Assembly: GCF_018977255.1 (NCBI RefSeq) | Contig: NW_024704743.1 | Span: 38,008,001-38,072,000 of the forward strand | Direction of reading: 5' to 3' | DNA: 64,000 bases | DNA from: Callorhinchus milii | Taxonomy: Eukaryota | Shown here: piece by piece, positions 1-14,224 of the stretch | How the letters are laid out: each line of letters starts with the position of its first letter | How positions within the stretch are numbered: the first letter of the stretch is position 1 | Program-made: the position numbers and the translations under genes | The notes under the pieces: model-generated | Told to the model about the DNA's origin: nothing | The model's database searches: none | Seen by the model: only the letters and a program-made list of their open reading frames with translations

Positions 1-583
1 TAATTTGATTAACATTTTCAAAATAATAGAAATGTCAGAGGAATGAAACAATATCACAATGTTCTATGGACAGCTGTGTGCGTAACTTGTAAACCAAGAA
101 ATATGAATGTATGAAATTCTATCTAAACCTATACCTTTCTAAAATTACAATTCTACCTAAAGCCATTGGGTATTTATACCCAACCTAACATTTCCACAAC
201 TAAGCAAAACTAATCCTTGATAACTCAGTCAATATAGCCCAGAGAACAAAAGCTCTAGTCTCATAGACTCCCGAAATGTTCGCTTGCAACTTGTCCCTCT
301 GCTGCACAATGTGCTCAAACAATCATTACCTTCGTATTTCCTAACACATGGGATGAGACAACCAAGTCAGAAATCCTACAGAACAGACTCTGCACATAGC
401 TGGGACTTATTACTCATTTACTGAGACCAGACAAAGAAAACACTGACTGCCTCCTGTTCTCTGGTTTCTTCACATTTTTCCATGGTAGAAATCAGAACCA
501 ATTTTAACTTAACATAAGCAAACTTAATACTTAAAGGCATAGAATACTCATCTAAGATCTCTGGGAAAGGGGGGAAGGGGAGT

Positions 584-2075
584 ACAACAACAACAACAAA
601 ATTACATTTGTAAAGTGCCTTTCACGTTGGGAGGATGTCCCAAGGCGCTGGACACACAGAGTTACGGACCCGAGCTGGGGGTCGGAGTGGGGGAGGGTGG
701 AGGGCGGGGACGAGGGGGAAGCAGGGAGATCGAAAGCACGGTCGAAGGAGGGTCTTGAGATGGGTGTTGAAGGTGGCAAGGGAGGGGGCGAGACGGAGGG
801 ACTGTGGGATGGAGTTCCAGAGGGTGGGTGCAGAGTGGCAAAAAGCCTGCCCGACAATAGTGGGGCGAGCGAGGCGGGGGACATGAAGCAGACCAGAGCC
901 CGCTGAGCGGAGGGAGCGAGCAGGGTGGTAGGGGGTTAGGAGGTCGCAGAGGTAGGGAGGAGCAAGACCATGGAGGGCTTTGAAGGTGAGAACCAGGATC
1001 TTGAACTGTATCCTCTGTGTGATGGGAAGCCAATGGAGTTAGGCAAGGATGGGGGTGATAGGGTCGCGGAGTTCTGGATGATCTGCAGCCTGTGGAGGGA
1101 GGAGTTGCGAAGGCCAACAAGCAGTGAGTTTGCATAGTCGAACCTCGATGTAATGAAGGCGTGTACAAGGGTTTCGGTGGCCTGTGGTGTGAGACAGTGA
1201 CGGAGCCGGGCGATGTTGCGGAGGTGGGGGAAGGCAGAGTGGGTCATGGCATAGATGTGGGATAGAAAAGATAGTTGAGGGTCAAACAAGCCCCCAAGGT
1301 GCTGGACTGACTTAGTAAGGTGGAGTGTGTAACCATGGATGGTGATGCTGTCAGCGCCTGAGGTGAGGAGGCGCTGACAGGAGCCAATCACGAGAGCCTC
1401 GGACTTGTTGACGTTCAACTGAAGAAAATTAGCTCTCATCCAGGACTTGATGTCTGACAGACATTCTGTCAGGACAGCAGTGGTCCTGGAGTCAAGGGTG
1501 GAGGCAGAGAGGTAGAGTTGGGTGTCATCCGCATATATGTGGAAGTTGACCCTATGTCTGCGGATGATGTTACCAAGAGGGAGCATATAGATATTGAGGA
1601 GGAGGGGACCAAGGGCAGAGCCCTGAGGAACGCCAAACAAGATGGTCTGGGGGCTGGAGGAAAAGCCGTTTATGGAGATGAAGTGCAGGCGGTGTGAGAA
1701 GTACGATCTGAACCAGTCAAGGACAGCGCCGTGGAGGTTGAGGTGAGAGGAGAGGCAGTGAGGAGGATAAAGTGGTCGACGGTGTCAAAAGCAGCAGAGA
1801 GGTCAAGGAGGACGAGGAGGTAGAGGGAGCCCTGGTCGCAGATGGACAGAATATCATTTGTCACTTTGACCAGGGCAGTTTCTGTGTTGTGGGCGGCACG
1901 GAAACCCGATTGGAGGAGTTCGAGAAGGGAGTGGCGGGAGAGGAAGAAGGGAAGCAACAACTCGTTCCAGGACCTTGGAGAGGAAGGGGAGGTTGGAGAT
2001 GGGGCGGTAGTTAGGGAATAGAAGGATCCAGGGAGGGTTTCTTTAAGGATAAGAGTGATGACAGTGGTTTTGATG
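584..2075 (-). mobile_element. L2-clade LINE, 5'-truncated (RT domain to 3' tail)
   Basis: ORFs give QSGFRAAHNTETALVKV, LLDLSAAFDTVDH, GVPQGSALGP, YADDTQLY; frameshifts; (TTG)n tail. Confidence 0.93.
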
Positions 2076-2089
2076 AGGTAGATTCAGAA

Positions 2090-2424
2090 ATAATAATAAT
2101 ACTTGCATTTGGTATATCACATCGTTAAGCGTTTCACTGAAAAGTGAATTGACTGCCTATTTTGTGGATGAAACGCAGCAGCCGATTGCGCACAGCGGTG
2201 TTCCACAAACAGTCGTAGTTTGAGTGACCAAATTTTTTTTAAGGGATTATTACCCCCAGAAAAGCGATCCGCCAATCGACTGACTCCTGGTTCCTACTTA
2301 CTGCTCAGTAAACAGAGTTGTGGGAAGTAAGGAAATTTGCCTAATGCTTTGCCCTGCCCGGGAATCGGACCCGGGTCCTCTTGCTTGCAAGGCAAGTGCT
2401 CTAATCAATACGCTACAGGACTGC
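2090..2424 (-). mobile_element. tRNA-derived SINE, long subfamily
   Basis: tRNA-like head, conserved body, (ATT)n tail; homologous to copies at 32200 and 63517. Confidence 0.85.
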
Positions 2425-5400
2425 AACTGGATATTAAATGCAAAGCAAAAAATATTTAAGTATTGTGCCTGCAAAGCTACAGATAGATGAATACAACAAA
2501 GAAGAATGGCCCACTTCTTCCCCATATACTGAAGGACCATTAAAATCACTTTTAACAAATTTTCAACAATAAATACTCTTATGCATCAAAGTCAATCCAT
2601 CAAAAACAGTTTTCACTCAAATTTGATTTATATAAAAAAATGTGTTGATTGTTTTCGTTGTGTGTGATGGCATGCTCGAAGGAGGGGTGGGGGGTGAGAT
2701 GGTCAAGTTCAGGATTTGGCCGACTTGGCTCCACTTCTCTGCCTCCTCCCAACATGACTCTGATTGGCAGATTGGGTTGCCAGTCAGTCAGCACACAGTT
2801 GAAAATAACAGAGTGATCGCTGAAAAGTGCAGCAAGTGAGTCAGTTTTGGCTAACCTCATGGTGTGGGGGAGGGGGGTGGGGGAGGGACGGTCAGACTGT
2901 ATCTCTTGCCCAGAATACAACACTTATTTCAAAGTCCCTATAAATATCTCGTAACCTAGATAAACAGATCACCATATTTCCTGAAATGACAAGATAAATT
3001 TGTCCTCCAAAGACCGCTCAAAATAAAGAGAGCTTCTCTCTAGAATGTTATTGCTACTACTTGGCAGCACAAGCATTATAATCTCTGATGTTGATCAACA
3101 AAAATCAGTAGCAATCAAACTGCAGCAACTCTATTTTGTAACAATTTTTGTAGGTCTCTGCAGTAAGGCTTTCTTTAACTTGCCATCTCCTCCTTACCAA
3201 CAAGAACAGAACAAAATTAGATTTGTGAATGTAAAGAAAAGTAAAGAATACCCAGAAAATACAAAGTCAAGCAAGTCTGGCCTGGGGCCTGAATACAACA
3301 CAGCTTTTCACACATTCAGAAGTCAAATCTAATGGTGAAGGAACAATTCCTCCATTTCCTGAAACAACAGCTCAGATAGCAATGTGTGCGATGAATCCAA
3401 CCCACTGACACTCTTCAGAGACCCTAACATGGGAAAGCATTGAAGTTTATTTTAGCTGCAGCACTGTAGTGTATCCCACTAAGTGCCAGCAAATACAACA
3501 CCCCATCTGCCCAAGGGGGTTGAGGCATTGTGGAAAACTACTCAACCTGAAAAAACGATGTACTCACTGAGGCTGAACCAGGAGAACATCTTCAGGATCT
3601 GGTCTCCATTCCTGGCCTTCTGCCAATAGCAAATATCAGTGTCAACAACANCCCCCACACACACAGTACCAACACTAATGCACGATAATCCCATCCAAAT
3701 CAAAAATAAACCCAACGGGTGACGGAGAGGGTTAAATATGTTTAACTTTGATTTGGGGATTAGGAAAAAAACTCCCCCACCCAAGCAATCACACCAAAGG
3801 TTAACACAAGCACCACATCATCTATAGCCCACTTAAAACTGTATGGCATTCTTGAAAATCTACAATACTTTTACAATGTGGTTCACAATGTGTAATATAA
3901 TGCAGTGTCTATACATGTAGCATATTGTAATATACTATATGGTGAATCATTTGCAACTCATTCCCAAAAAAGCCAAAAGAAAGTTTGAATATCAATCAGG
4001 GAACAAATACGAAGTATTCTGTGACTGGAGATGCTGGTTTCTTACAGAAGAATCAATGATGTAATTTAAAGAAGTCACTTAAGCAGCCAGTAACCCAGAG
4101 ATATGGTTTTGTCAAATGTGGTACAATCAAGTTATTTGTTAATAATGGAAATCCCTTTATAATGCAGTGACCTGAGCCTAATATCTCAAGACCCCGCGTT
4201 ATAAAGAGGCATGATGAAATAGCTGACTCCTGGGTTCTCACATCACCACTACTAATACATTTAGTAGAGCACCTTTCTCACGGAATATAATGTAAAGTGA
4301 AATAACTTTTGTGGGCAAATGTGGGAGCTCATTTGTGCACAAACAGCCATGAAGTGAAATGACCAATTTTGTGTTGGCCAGGGCACTAGGAGAAGCTGGC
4401 ATTTGGCCTTCAACCCACAACTTTCTGACTCATTGGCAAGAGTGCTACCAACAGAGCGAGGCTGATACATCAAAGTCACTTGCTGTATGTTCAGTGCAAA
4501 CATGTGCAATGTGCAAGAAAATACCAACTCGATCAATTCCTGTGCAAAGAGATGTCAAACAGTGATTCCTGCAATTAGGATAATGTATTATATCCAATGT
4601 GAGAATCATTGTGGCATTCATACACAGTATGTCACAAGTGCTGTTAGCACATAACATACAAGCACAGAACACGGCAAGTGACGTTAGAGGTGACCTGGAA
4701 GTCAGCCATTTTTTCATAATAACAGAATTTGGGTCGCATAATTTTGATTTTAAAGTAAGAAATCATCAAAGGCCCACAACTCAATTTTATACAAGTCTAT
4801 TAGCAAATCTGAGGTATGGTGAATTGCCTTCTCACAAGGTTTTCCTGTAATTGAATATGTTTTGACATGAGTTGGATCATTGGTCAAGTGCTTGGCAAAC
4901 CACAAAAAGTATTCCAATCATTCCTTGATGAAGATTGTGCTCATTTAATTCTAAAAGGATTCTCTCGTCCTTCAACTTAAACAGAAAGGAGGTATTCAAA
5001 TAGGGGTCAGTGAATACAAACAAAATATTTCCCCCCCCCACCCCCTAAGATTTTTCACAGGGAGTTTTGTAATTACCACAAACAATTGGTTGAATCTGAA
5101 TCCATATTTTGAATTAATTTACAGTATTTGGCTTCTATACACAAGAGGATTTTGTCAGGACCATCTAAATGGACTATTTCTTGATAATCTCTATTCACTA
5201 AAAGGCACATCTGAAGAATTAAATGTTCTGGCCCATTCTTGCTAGGAAAGTACAATAGCTTCATGTAATTCTCACTAAAACTTAGCCTCATTGTTTACTA
5301 CCCTGTACACAGATAAGTGAAGTAACTATAAAGCAGTCTCTTGTTACCACTTTAGAACATAATTTTCAATGGATAGGGTACTGAGCGGTACAGCCATTTA

Positions 5401-6564
5401 AATTCTGTGCTTTAATCCCTACAACAGGAATCAAACCCAGTGAAGATGGGAAGAAATTCTCTCTGATTGTTAAAAACCCTTTATGAAAAATGTGTGCAAT
5501 CCACTCTCTGCACCCCTTAATCCAGTACAAAATAGTAATCTCAGTGGTCACAGATGGTTGTGAAAAATGGAAAATTTGATACGAGTAATTTTCACGCAAT
5601 TAATTACGAAATTTAAACTATGAGCATGGAAATAGGGTGTGGTTATCACAGAAGGGGAAGAATTTTTCAGCTCATTCTTGGTTTCATTCTTTCTAGTATA
5701 ATATTGATCATCCAAGGTTGGTAACAGTACACTTTGGGAGCATAGGAAGAAACAGTACTTCGCCATTACTTGTTAATCAGCTGCTTAATGATCAGCAACA
5801 CCTCTAAAGAACTCATCTGCCGCCCTGAGACACTCCCTAGTTAGAGCTGGAACTTGCCCAATTACTGGGGCTCATTCAGGAACTGAAGCCAGTTTCAGTA
5901 TCAGTAACACCCATCTGAAATCAGCTATCTCAGCACAAATCCTAGCTCAAATCTAACTTCTTTATTTATAAGGAAAAGTACAAAGTGCCACACCACATTT
6001 ATCACCAAGCTGAACTTTTCTGAACTTGTGTTAACTTGAGGTTATCAAATGATAATGACTTCCTCTGACACACAGCAAATAAGCCAGATCTGAACCATCC
6101 GCGTTTGAAATTTAAATGATAAAACTTTGTGTCTTAGTAAAATATATTGATAGGCTAAATTAAAACTCATAACATTAGAGATCACCAATTGAATTTGAAT
6201 ATCGTGATCAAGTCAATAATGGAAAACTTTAGAATACAACATCAATCAGCAATGGAACACATTTCTGAATTATAATGGAAAGCATCAAAAATCAATTTGC
6301 TTTGTTGGGAAATTTTCATCCACTGGCAGAACATTTTGTTGAATCAGTGGTTTATGAAATGTAAAGACAGAATAGGTTGATCAGCACATGAAGGTTGTAT
6401 GAGTAGGAATCTCTGTGAAAATAAGTTTCTAAACCAGTTCCAACAAAGATGACTGTTATCTAAATATCAATCTGAACACTAACCTTACTCTCTTCTATAG
6501 TTGCTGATCAACCTGCTCTGCATTTTCAGTTTTTATTTCACATAAATGGTCTGAAGTGTTTAGA

Positions 6565-7293
6565 CCATTTCCTGCAGCTAAACGTCAACAAGACAGAAGC
6601 CATACTCTTTGGTTCCCGCCGACATCTTCTGTCCAACGGTTCCGACCTCCTCAACCTACCTGACCTGTCCTTAAAACTCTCCGCCACATTACCTGTCTCT
6701 GACAGTACCTCACCCCCAAAAGCTGCCAAAACCCTTGTCCATGCCTTTGTCACCTCTCGGCTGGACTACTCTAACGCCCTCCTCGCCGGTCTTCCCTCTT
6801 CTACTATTCACAAAATTCAGCTCATTCAAAACTCCACGGCCCGCATTCTCACCTGCACCAAACTCTGTACCCCGACTACCCCAGTCCTTGCCAAACTCCA
6901 CTGGCTCCCTGTCACAGAGTGGATCAACTCTTGTGTTTCAATCCCTTCATTTCTTGGCACCCCCCCATCTCTCTAACCTCCTCTCTCCCCACAGCGGTAC
7001 CCGCTGCCTCCGCTCTACTGGGTCCGGACTCCACCCCATCCCCTGAATCCTCCGCTCCACCATCGGCGGACATGCTTCAGCCACTACACCCTGAAACTTT
7101 GAAACTCCCTCCCTCATCCCTTTTGCCTCACCCCCTCCTTCCCCATCTTTAGGTCGCGCCTGAAGACCTTCCTTTTCAACCGCTCCTACAGTCACTTTGC
7201 CCCTCCCCCAGGCTCAGCCTTGGGCTCCACCACTTTTAAGTGTTCTGAGGCGCAGCCCAGTGTGGAGGGCGCGATATAAGTGCAAGTTGTTGT
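6565..7293 (+). mobile_element. L2 LINE 3' fragment
   Basis: FLQLNVNKTE and HAFVTSRLDY motifs; ends gcgatataagtgcaagttgttgtt. Confidence 0.88.
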
Positions 7294-7725
7294 TAAAGTG
7301 ATACAGCAGTTACAATAACAACAACTTGCATTAATATAGTGCCTTTCAGGCAGGGTAGTTTCCTAGTGTGCTTAGGGTCCCAGTTACTAAAGCATTAAAA
7401 GCGAATATTGTTTTCTACCGTTATCGTACATCCTACACAATTTATTTAAACAGCATTCAAATAATTTCTTTATTTGAAGCACAGAAAGACAAAACAGATT
7501 TTTGGGGAAGAATGCAGTCAGAGGCGAGTTTTTTCAGTTTTGAGCTTAGCTATTCAGATGCTATATAAGTAATCTTGCTAACAAGGAATGGGTGCATTTA
7601 CTTTCATCTGGTTGGAGGCAAGTACAAGTTCCTGTGCATGAGCACATCACATGAGGTACCTTGAATAAAGACATTGTGAAGAAAAACTACTTCAATGAAT
7701 GGGCAAAATTCATTCTTATACAGAC

Positions 7726-7842
7726 CTGTGAAATGTATTTTTTCCAAAGAGGTTCATCTTCACTGATTTCAAATTCATTCCACCCGTGGAATGTTCGACG
7801 CTGAGAAATGTCCCCATTTTTCAGCCCATTATGAAGGTCAGC
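7726..7842 (-). CDS. ATP2C1: ATP2C1 coding exon (117 nt), [39 protein letters not shown]
   Basis: ttttccaacag acceptor, CAG|GTCTGT donor, phase 0-0; matches SPCA1 ADLQNGL...[25 protein letters not shown]. The next exon (FKNPLI...) was not found and is presumably left of the window. Confidence 0.96.
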
Positions 7843-8459
7843 CTGTTGGAAAATTAGGTGCTTAATAAATGCAACAGAAATGTATTTCAATCCAATCATA
7901 GCAAAAAGACATGCATTTCGGCCCCAAAATACAGTCTTGCACTTCACAATATATCCTTTGAAGCGCTTTGAGATGGCTCAACTATATCATAAGGCACAAA
8001 TGCCAGGATCATTATAATATTAAGTACATGCAAAAGCAGAAAATATGTAACAAGTACACGCAAAAGCATCGTAAAGTCCCACACAAACTATTATTGAACC
8101 TTCTTGAAAACCAAAAAGTCAGTTGGCTATAGCTTTTTAACATTTTTCACCTTTTTAAAAATAAATTCTTTTCTTTTTTATATTCCCTTCCGAAGGATTA
8201 TATTCCTTTCTGAGTGGGCAATAAACCAATCATTCCCTTTTGCTAGCACAAACCTGGACAAGAAAGTTTTTTTGAAAAATCCATTTTGATAGTGTGTTTA
8301 TCTTTATTCATTAAGCACCCCTCCATATATGATCATGGAAGTTATGGCATGCTGCACAGTTCTAGTTTCTCTATGATACATGGACTTCAAAGAAGAGATT
8401 TTAAATTATGTTTATCAATGTTAATTTGTGAATTATGCAATATGCAGGAATATACAGTG

Positions 8460-8976
8460 GGCCGCCCTGCCCACAATACAGAGACAGCGCTTATGAAAAT
8501 CACAAACAATGTTGGTCTCCCCTCTTCCACTATTCACAAAATTCAACTCATCCAAAACTCCGCCTCCCACATTCGCATCCGCACTAAACTCCATACCTCA
8601 ATTACCCCATTCGTTGCCAAACTCCACTGGCTCCCTGTCACAGAGCGGATCAACTTCAAGATCCTCACTCGAGTGTTTCAATCCTTCCACGTCTTGGCAA
8701 CCCCCCCATCTCTCCAACCTCCTCTCTCCTCACAGCGGTACTCGCTGCCTCCGCTCTACTGGCCTCCTCCTTGTCCTTCGAATCCTCCGCTGTGCCTTCA
8801 GCCACTACACCCTGAAGCTCCCTCCCTCAATCCATTTGCGCCAGAAAACTTTCCTTTTCGACCGTGCCTACGGTCACCTTCCCCCTCCCCCTGGCTCAGC
8901 ATCGGACTCCACCATTGTTAAGCGCTCTGGGATGCCGCGCAGCGTGGAAGGCGCTATATAAATGCAAGTTGTTGTT
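8460..8976 (+). mobile_element. L2 LINE 3' fragment with internal deletion
   Basis: AHNTETALMKITN joined directly to VGLPSSTIHKIQLIQNS...LHWLPV; L2 tail. Confidence 0.88.
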
Positions 8977-10628
8977 AAGTAATTATGAGGTCTTTGTAAA
9001 TGTTATTTTGTGTGGAGGTTATTTCTCGCATGAAATATTTTAAAGCTTTCAGACTGAGGCCAGCAGTGCCAAAAATAGCCTCAGTGTTCCCTGGGCGACG
9101 AGGGAAGTCGAAAAAAAAACAGCCATAGTTTCCATTGCTGGTTGCTACTGGAAAGTAAGCATATGTATAAACAGGATCAGACACAAATGTGATGCCATCA
9201 CATTCAAATAGTCTGCTTTACATCAGTTATGCTTTTCATTGCATAAATCTAAAATAAGTTGCTGAAATATTTCAGATTTTTCGTGGCTGTGAGTATTATT
9301 CCCAAATTATGCTGACCTTATGACAAGTTTAAAAGTATTGCACAACTTAACTTGATTTGATAATACAGTTGCTAAAGCAAAACTTGCAGTGCAATAAATG
9401 TGCAGAGACCATTATTTGGCTTATCCTAGCGTACTAATCAAAAGAAAGTGGCAGGAAAAAATCGACAATCTTAAACTTTTCAGTCATGAAAATCTGCGCT
9501 TGCTATACAATCCTGCTGTAGTAATGGTTTGCTGGAGCAAATATATTGTGAGCAGCTCTCTGTAATAGCTGATACGTAATCCTGGTAAACTTTGCACAGT
9601 GATTTCTCATTGCACTACAGCAACATGAAACAGCAGTAATTGAGTAAAAAGTCAACAAACTTAATTTTTCTCTCTCCTTTCTAGACTCTGCAGCCAAGAT
9701 TGAAATACGAAACTGCATCCCGCCAAACTATCCAAAATAGGTTTTTAAAGATATAAAAGCTCAACACCTCATTTTAGCTTTCTGCATCACTGGACATTTC
9801 AAACTAGCATAATGTTGAAATTTTCTAAATCGGCTGCCGCATTGTACAGTAATCATAGGGCTCAAAATATGCACTTTTCTTCTGAAATGAAATTAGAACA
9901 GGGTCAAACTGAACAACGATACTAGGAGTGATACGAACCAGAGAGTATATTCTGGACTTCTGCATCACTTATACTGCTGAAAGCAAAGCAATATGTTTTC
10001 CAGCACAACTGAGTGATCTTGAGTGCTTGATTTATGCTGCGTAGTTGATATCGCATCCTAACGTGACCATTAAAAACACCAACATCCGAGTTCAGAATTG
10101 CAAATATGCACAGAACTTTGAAATTGTATTTTTTTTTAGTATCAATTAAAGGGATAGCTGTGCAACCAGACCTTTAACAACATTTGAGAATTCTGGGGTC
10201 ATCCGAATGACCAACACAGAACGTTTTCAAAGGGACCAAGGGGTCATATCAGTCTCTTTATCTTCAACTGATGATAAATCAAACTGCTCCGAAAACCAAC
10301 TCCTTCCATTGACATTAGGATTGCAGCTCCAGTGAAGTTTGAAAGGGTGGGGGCGGGGAGGGGGGACTCAATTTACATTACGCATTCATGCAAAATAATT
10401 AATCTTATTTCACTAACACCTCACAGAGAAAGCTTTTGCAGAACTTTTACAATTGGCCCAAAAGCCCAGTTGAAGCCTGGTTGATAAAAAATTGATTTTC
10501 CATTAACCAACTATCCTGGCGTCTCGTGTTCTACTGCCTGCAGTCGAACCCCAACTCATTAATTTAATGTTGAATAGGTAATTTTATCCATAAATAGTGA
10601 AACTCTTGCAGTTTATGATAATCTCAAA

Positions 10629-10841
10629 ACCTAATAATAATCCCTCCAAAACCAAAAACAATAATAAATTGGTCATTTTCAATCCATGACTGTTTGTGGG
10701 ACATTGCTGTGCGCAATTGGCTGCCGCGTTCGCCCACAAATATACAGTCAATTCACTTTACAGTGTGTTCTGTGAAGCGCTTTGGGACGTCCTCCCGACG
10801 TGAAAAGCGCTATATCAAATGCAAGAATTATTATTATTATT
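10629..10841 (+). mobile_element. SINE, 5'-truncated young copy
   Basis: Near-identical to the 3' two-thirds of the 16188 SINE; (ATT)n tail. Confidence 0.9.
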
Positions 10842-12249
10842 AAAACCAAATGCAAAGATAATTAACCACTGACTGAATTACTCCGTTTCGCCCACGAACA
10901 TATAGTCATTTCACCTTACATTATACATTGAGATGGCTCAAAGACATGATAAGGCACTCTATCAAATGAAAGGATTATTATTAAACTCACTTTCAACATT
11001 CCCTGCTGATATTTCAAAAGGTTGCTTTAGATTTTAAATTATTATATAAAAGCTATTTGCGAAGTGTAGTAGAAACAGTATGATTTAATATTTTTTGCAT
11101 TTGAAATAGTTCCTTATGTAAAAGATCTTAAAGTAGAGGAGTGCTAACCAAAACCTCTTCTCTTTTCAAATAGTGTTATGGGATCTTTATCGTCTACCTG
11201 AACAGGCAGACAGGACCTTGCTTTAATATCTCCTTGAAGCACAGCTACTTTAACAATGCAATTCTCTTCCAGCACTGCATTGGACCATCAGCATTTTCTA
11301 TACTACAGCATATACTATACACCAATGCAATCCTACATTAAGGCGCGATTTCAATGCAAAAGTACGCAGATGATTGGCTTATGGCCTGAGTGCCAACTGG
11401 TTGCCCTGCTTAAATGAAAATGGCCGACTTGTGAGTCATTAGGTCACTGACCATGCTCTGAATGCTCAAATTAGGAAGCGAGATCATTGGCACCAGATTG
11501 ACCATTTTTAGTTGGCAATTTTTTAAAAAAGCACTAAGCAGCTAAAATGGGTTTGTTGGATCACCAATGATGTCACTTTCTGCTTTGCCCATCAACAGCA
11601 AAAACTGAAAAGTATAGTGACTGTGTATTTTATAGATGTGTTCAAGATGGTGACTGCAGCGCCCAAGATCCATCCACCGGGAGCACAATATCATCTGCAA
11701 TTGTAAGTGCAGCAATTTAACTGGAATGTCTGGAACAGATAAACCACAGGGTATAATTGAAAGCTCACCCACTGGTGGTGGAGCGTATTGGGTACCTAAG
11801 ACACTCCACGATCAGCAAGTGCCTTGGGATGTCCTTCCAACGTGAAAGACCCTATACAAGTGTAATTTGTTGTTGTTGCTGAGTGTGGGGGCTGGACGGC
11901 CAGCGTGGTAGGATTGCAGGAGGTTACAAACATAGAGGCCATGGAGGGATTTAAAAGTGTGGATAAGGATCTTGAATTTGATTCATTGGGGGAATGGGGA
12001 GTCATCGGAGCTGAGCAGAATGGAGGTGATGGGCTTGTGGAGTCTGTCGTGAGAGAGAATATGGATTGCAGATTTCTGGATTATCTGTAGTTTGGGTAAG
12101 GAGCTTGGGAGTCTGGCAAGCAGGGCATTAGAATAATTGAACCTGAATGTGAAGCATGAATGAAGAACCAATTACTACAGCATACTTTACCAAATTAAAA
12201 AAATCTAATGCCAACATCGCTGCCTAAATGTTCCCACAATGTCAGTCAT

Positions 12250-14100
12250 GTCCATCAGTCACGCCTCGCAGATACCTTCCGCTGACTCTCACTGCGAGAA
12301 AATGCTGGACTTCCTCAAGTCCAAAATCGAGGGAATCCATTCAGCTGCCACTGCCCTCCCAACTTCCACCCCCTCCCTACCCCCACCTCACACAACTACC
12401 CATCCGACAATTACCCATCCCTCCTTCCACAACTTTGAACCTGTCACCCCCTCCTCTGTCTTCAACACGGTAACCTCCATGAAGCCCACCACCTGTTCCT
12501 TAGACCCCATCCCCACCCCTCTTCTTAAATCCCAACTCCACCTCCTTGCCCCACTACTCGCTGACATCATTAACATCTCCCTGTCATCTGGCACTGTTCC
12601 TCCCCCCACTCAAAACAGCCACTATCACCCCCACCTTGAAGAAACCTTCCCTTGACCCATCACAGCTATCCAGCTACCGGCCCATCTCAAATCTCCCCTT
12701 CCTATCCAAGGTCCTTGAGAGAGTCGTTACCTCCCAGCTTCGCTCTTTCCTCTCCTCTCCCTCCCACCATGAACTCCTCCAATCGGGTTTCCGTGCTGCA
12801 CACAGCATGGAAAATGCTCTGGTCAAGGTCACAAACGACATCCTGACCATGTGTGACCAGGGCTCACTCTGCCTCCTCGACCTCTCCACCACCTTTGACA
12901 CCGTGGACCACTCAATCCTCCTCCACCACCTCTCCTCCCACCTCAACCTTCAAGGTTCTGTCCTTACTGGTTCAGGTCCTATCTTTCACACTCCTCCACT
13001 TCGTCGCGGCAAACGGCTTCTCCTCCAGCCCCCCAATGTCTCGTGCGACGTTCCTCAGGGCTCTGTCCTCGGTCCCCTCCTCTTCACCCTCTACATGCTC
13101 CCCCTTGGTGACATCATCCGCAAACATGGGGTAAATTTCCACATGTATGCGGAGGACACCCAACTCATCTCTCTGCCTCACCCTGAACTCCAGGACTGCT
13201 GGCGTCCTGACAGATTGTCTGTCAGACATCAAGCCCGAGATGAGAGCTAACTTTCTCCAACTCAATGTCAGCAAGACTGAGGCCCTCCTGAATGGCTCGC
13301 GCCAGCATCTCCACCCCTCAGGCGCTGGCAGCATCAGCCTCCACGGCTGCACACTCAACCTCACTGAGCCAGTCAGGAACCTGGGTACCTTGTTTGACCC
13401 TGAACTGTCCTTTCTCCCCCACATCCACGCCATGACCGGCATTGCCTACCACCACCTCCGCCACATTGCCAGACTCCACCACTGCCTCACCCCTCAGGCT
13501 GCAGAAACCCTCACCCACGCATTCGTCACATCAAAGCTCGATTAAGGGAACTCCCTCCTCATCGGCCTTCCCAACTCTTCCCTTCACAAGCTGCAGATCA
13601 TCCAAAACTCTGCAGCTCGTGTACTCTCATACACCAGGCTCCGTGACCCCAGCAATCCCACCCTCGCCCGACTCTACTGGCCCCCCATCCCCCAGAGGAT
13701 CGAGTTCAAGATCCTCGTCCTCACCTTTAAGGCCAATCCATGACCTTGTCCCCTCTGACTCCCTACCAACCTGCCCGCTCCCTCCGTTCAGCGGGCTTCG
13801 GCCTGCTCCATGTCTCCCACCCAACCATCGGTGGCCGGGCTTTCAGCCTCTCTGCCCCCACACTCTGGAACTCCATCCCACAGTCACTTCACCTCGCTTC
13901 CTCCTTTGCCTTCTTTAAGGCCGGTCTCAAGACCCTTCTCTTCGACCGTGCCTTTGGTCTTCCTCCCACCTCTCTGCCTTCCCTCACCCCTACACCACCC
14001 CTCCCCCACGCTCGGGCCCCAACACCTGACTGTTCAGCGCTTTGGGATGTCCTCCTGATGTGAAAGCCGCTCAATAAATGTAATTTTGTTGTTGTTGTTG
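12250..14100 (+). mobile_element. L2 LINE, 5'-truncated, degraded RT
   Basis: PTTCSLDPIP, YRPISNLPFLSKVLE, VPQGSVLGP, YAEDTQL; (TTG)n tail ending at ~14100. Confidence 0.93.
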
Positions 14101-14113
14101 ATGTATATCTTAC

Positions 14114-14224
14114 CTGCAAAATGCTGGCAACTTCATCGACTGGTAGTTCACTTGCTCTTTTCGATGACAGTACTGGAATCATCGTCTCATTTTCACTGTG
14201 GTACAATTCCTCAGGACTCGGAAC
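14114..14224 (-). CDS. ATP2C1: ATP2C1 coding exon (111 nt), [37 protein letters not shown]
   Basis: Polypyrimidine tract + caatag acceptor and CAG|GTAAGA donor; matches recalled vertebrate SPCA1 N-terminus [27 protein letters not shown]. Confidence 0.95.

Noticed and set aside
3568..3619. Possible ATP2C1 exon ending in GTGAGT
   Set aside because: 52 nt breaks the frame, weak acceptor, and no resemblance to the expected FKNPLIMLLL exon.
4211..4228. C/D-box snoRNA (ATGATGA...CTGA)
   Set aside because: Boxes too close together and no terminal stem.
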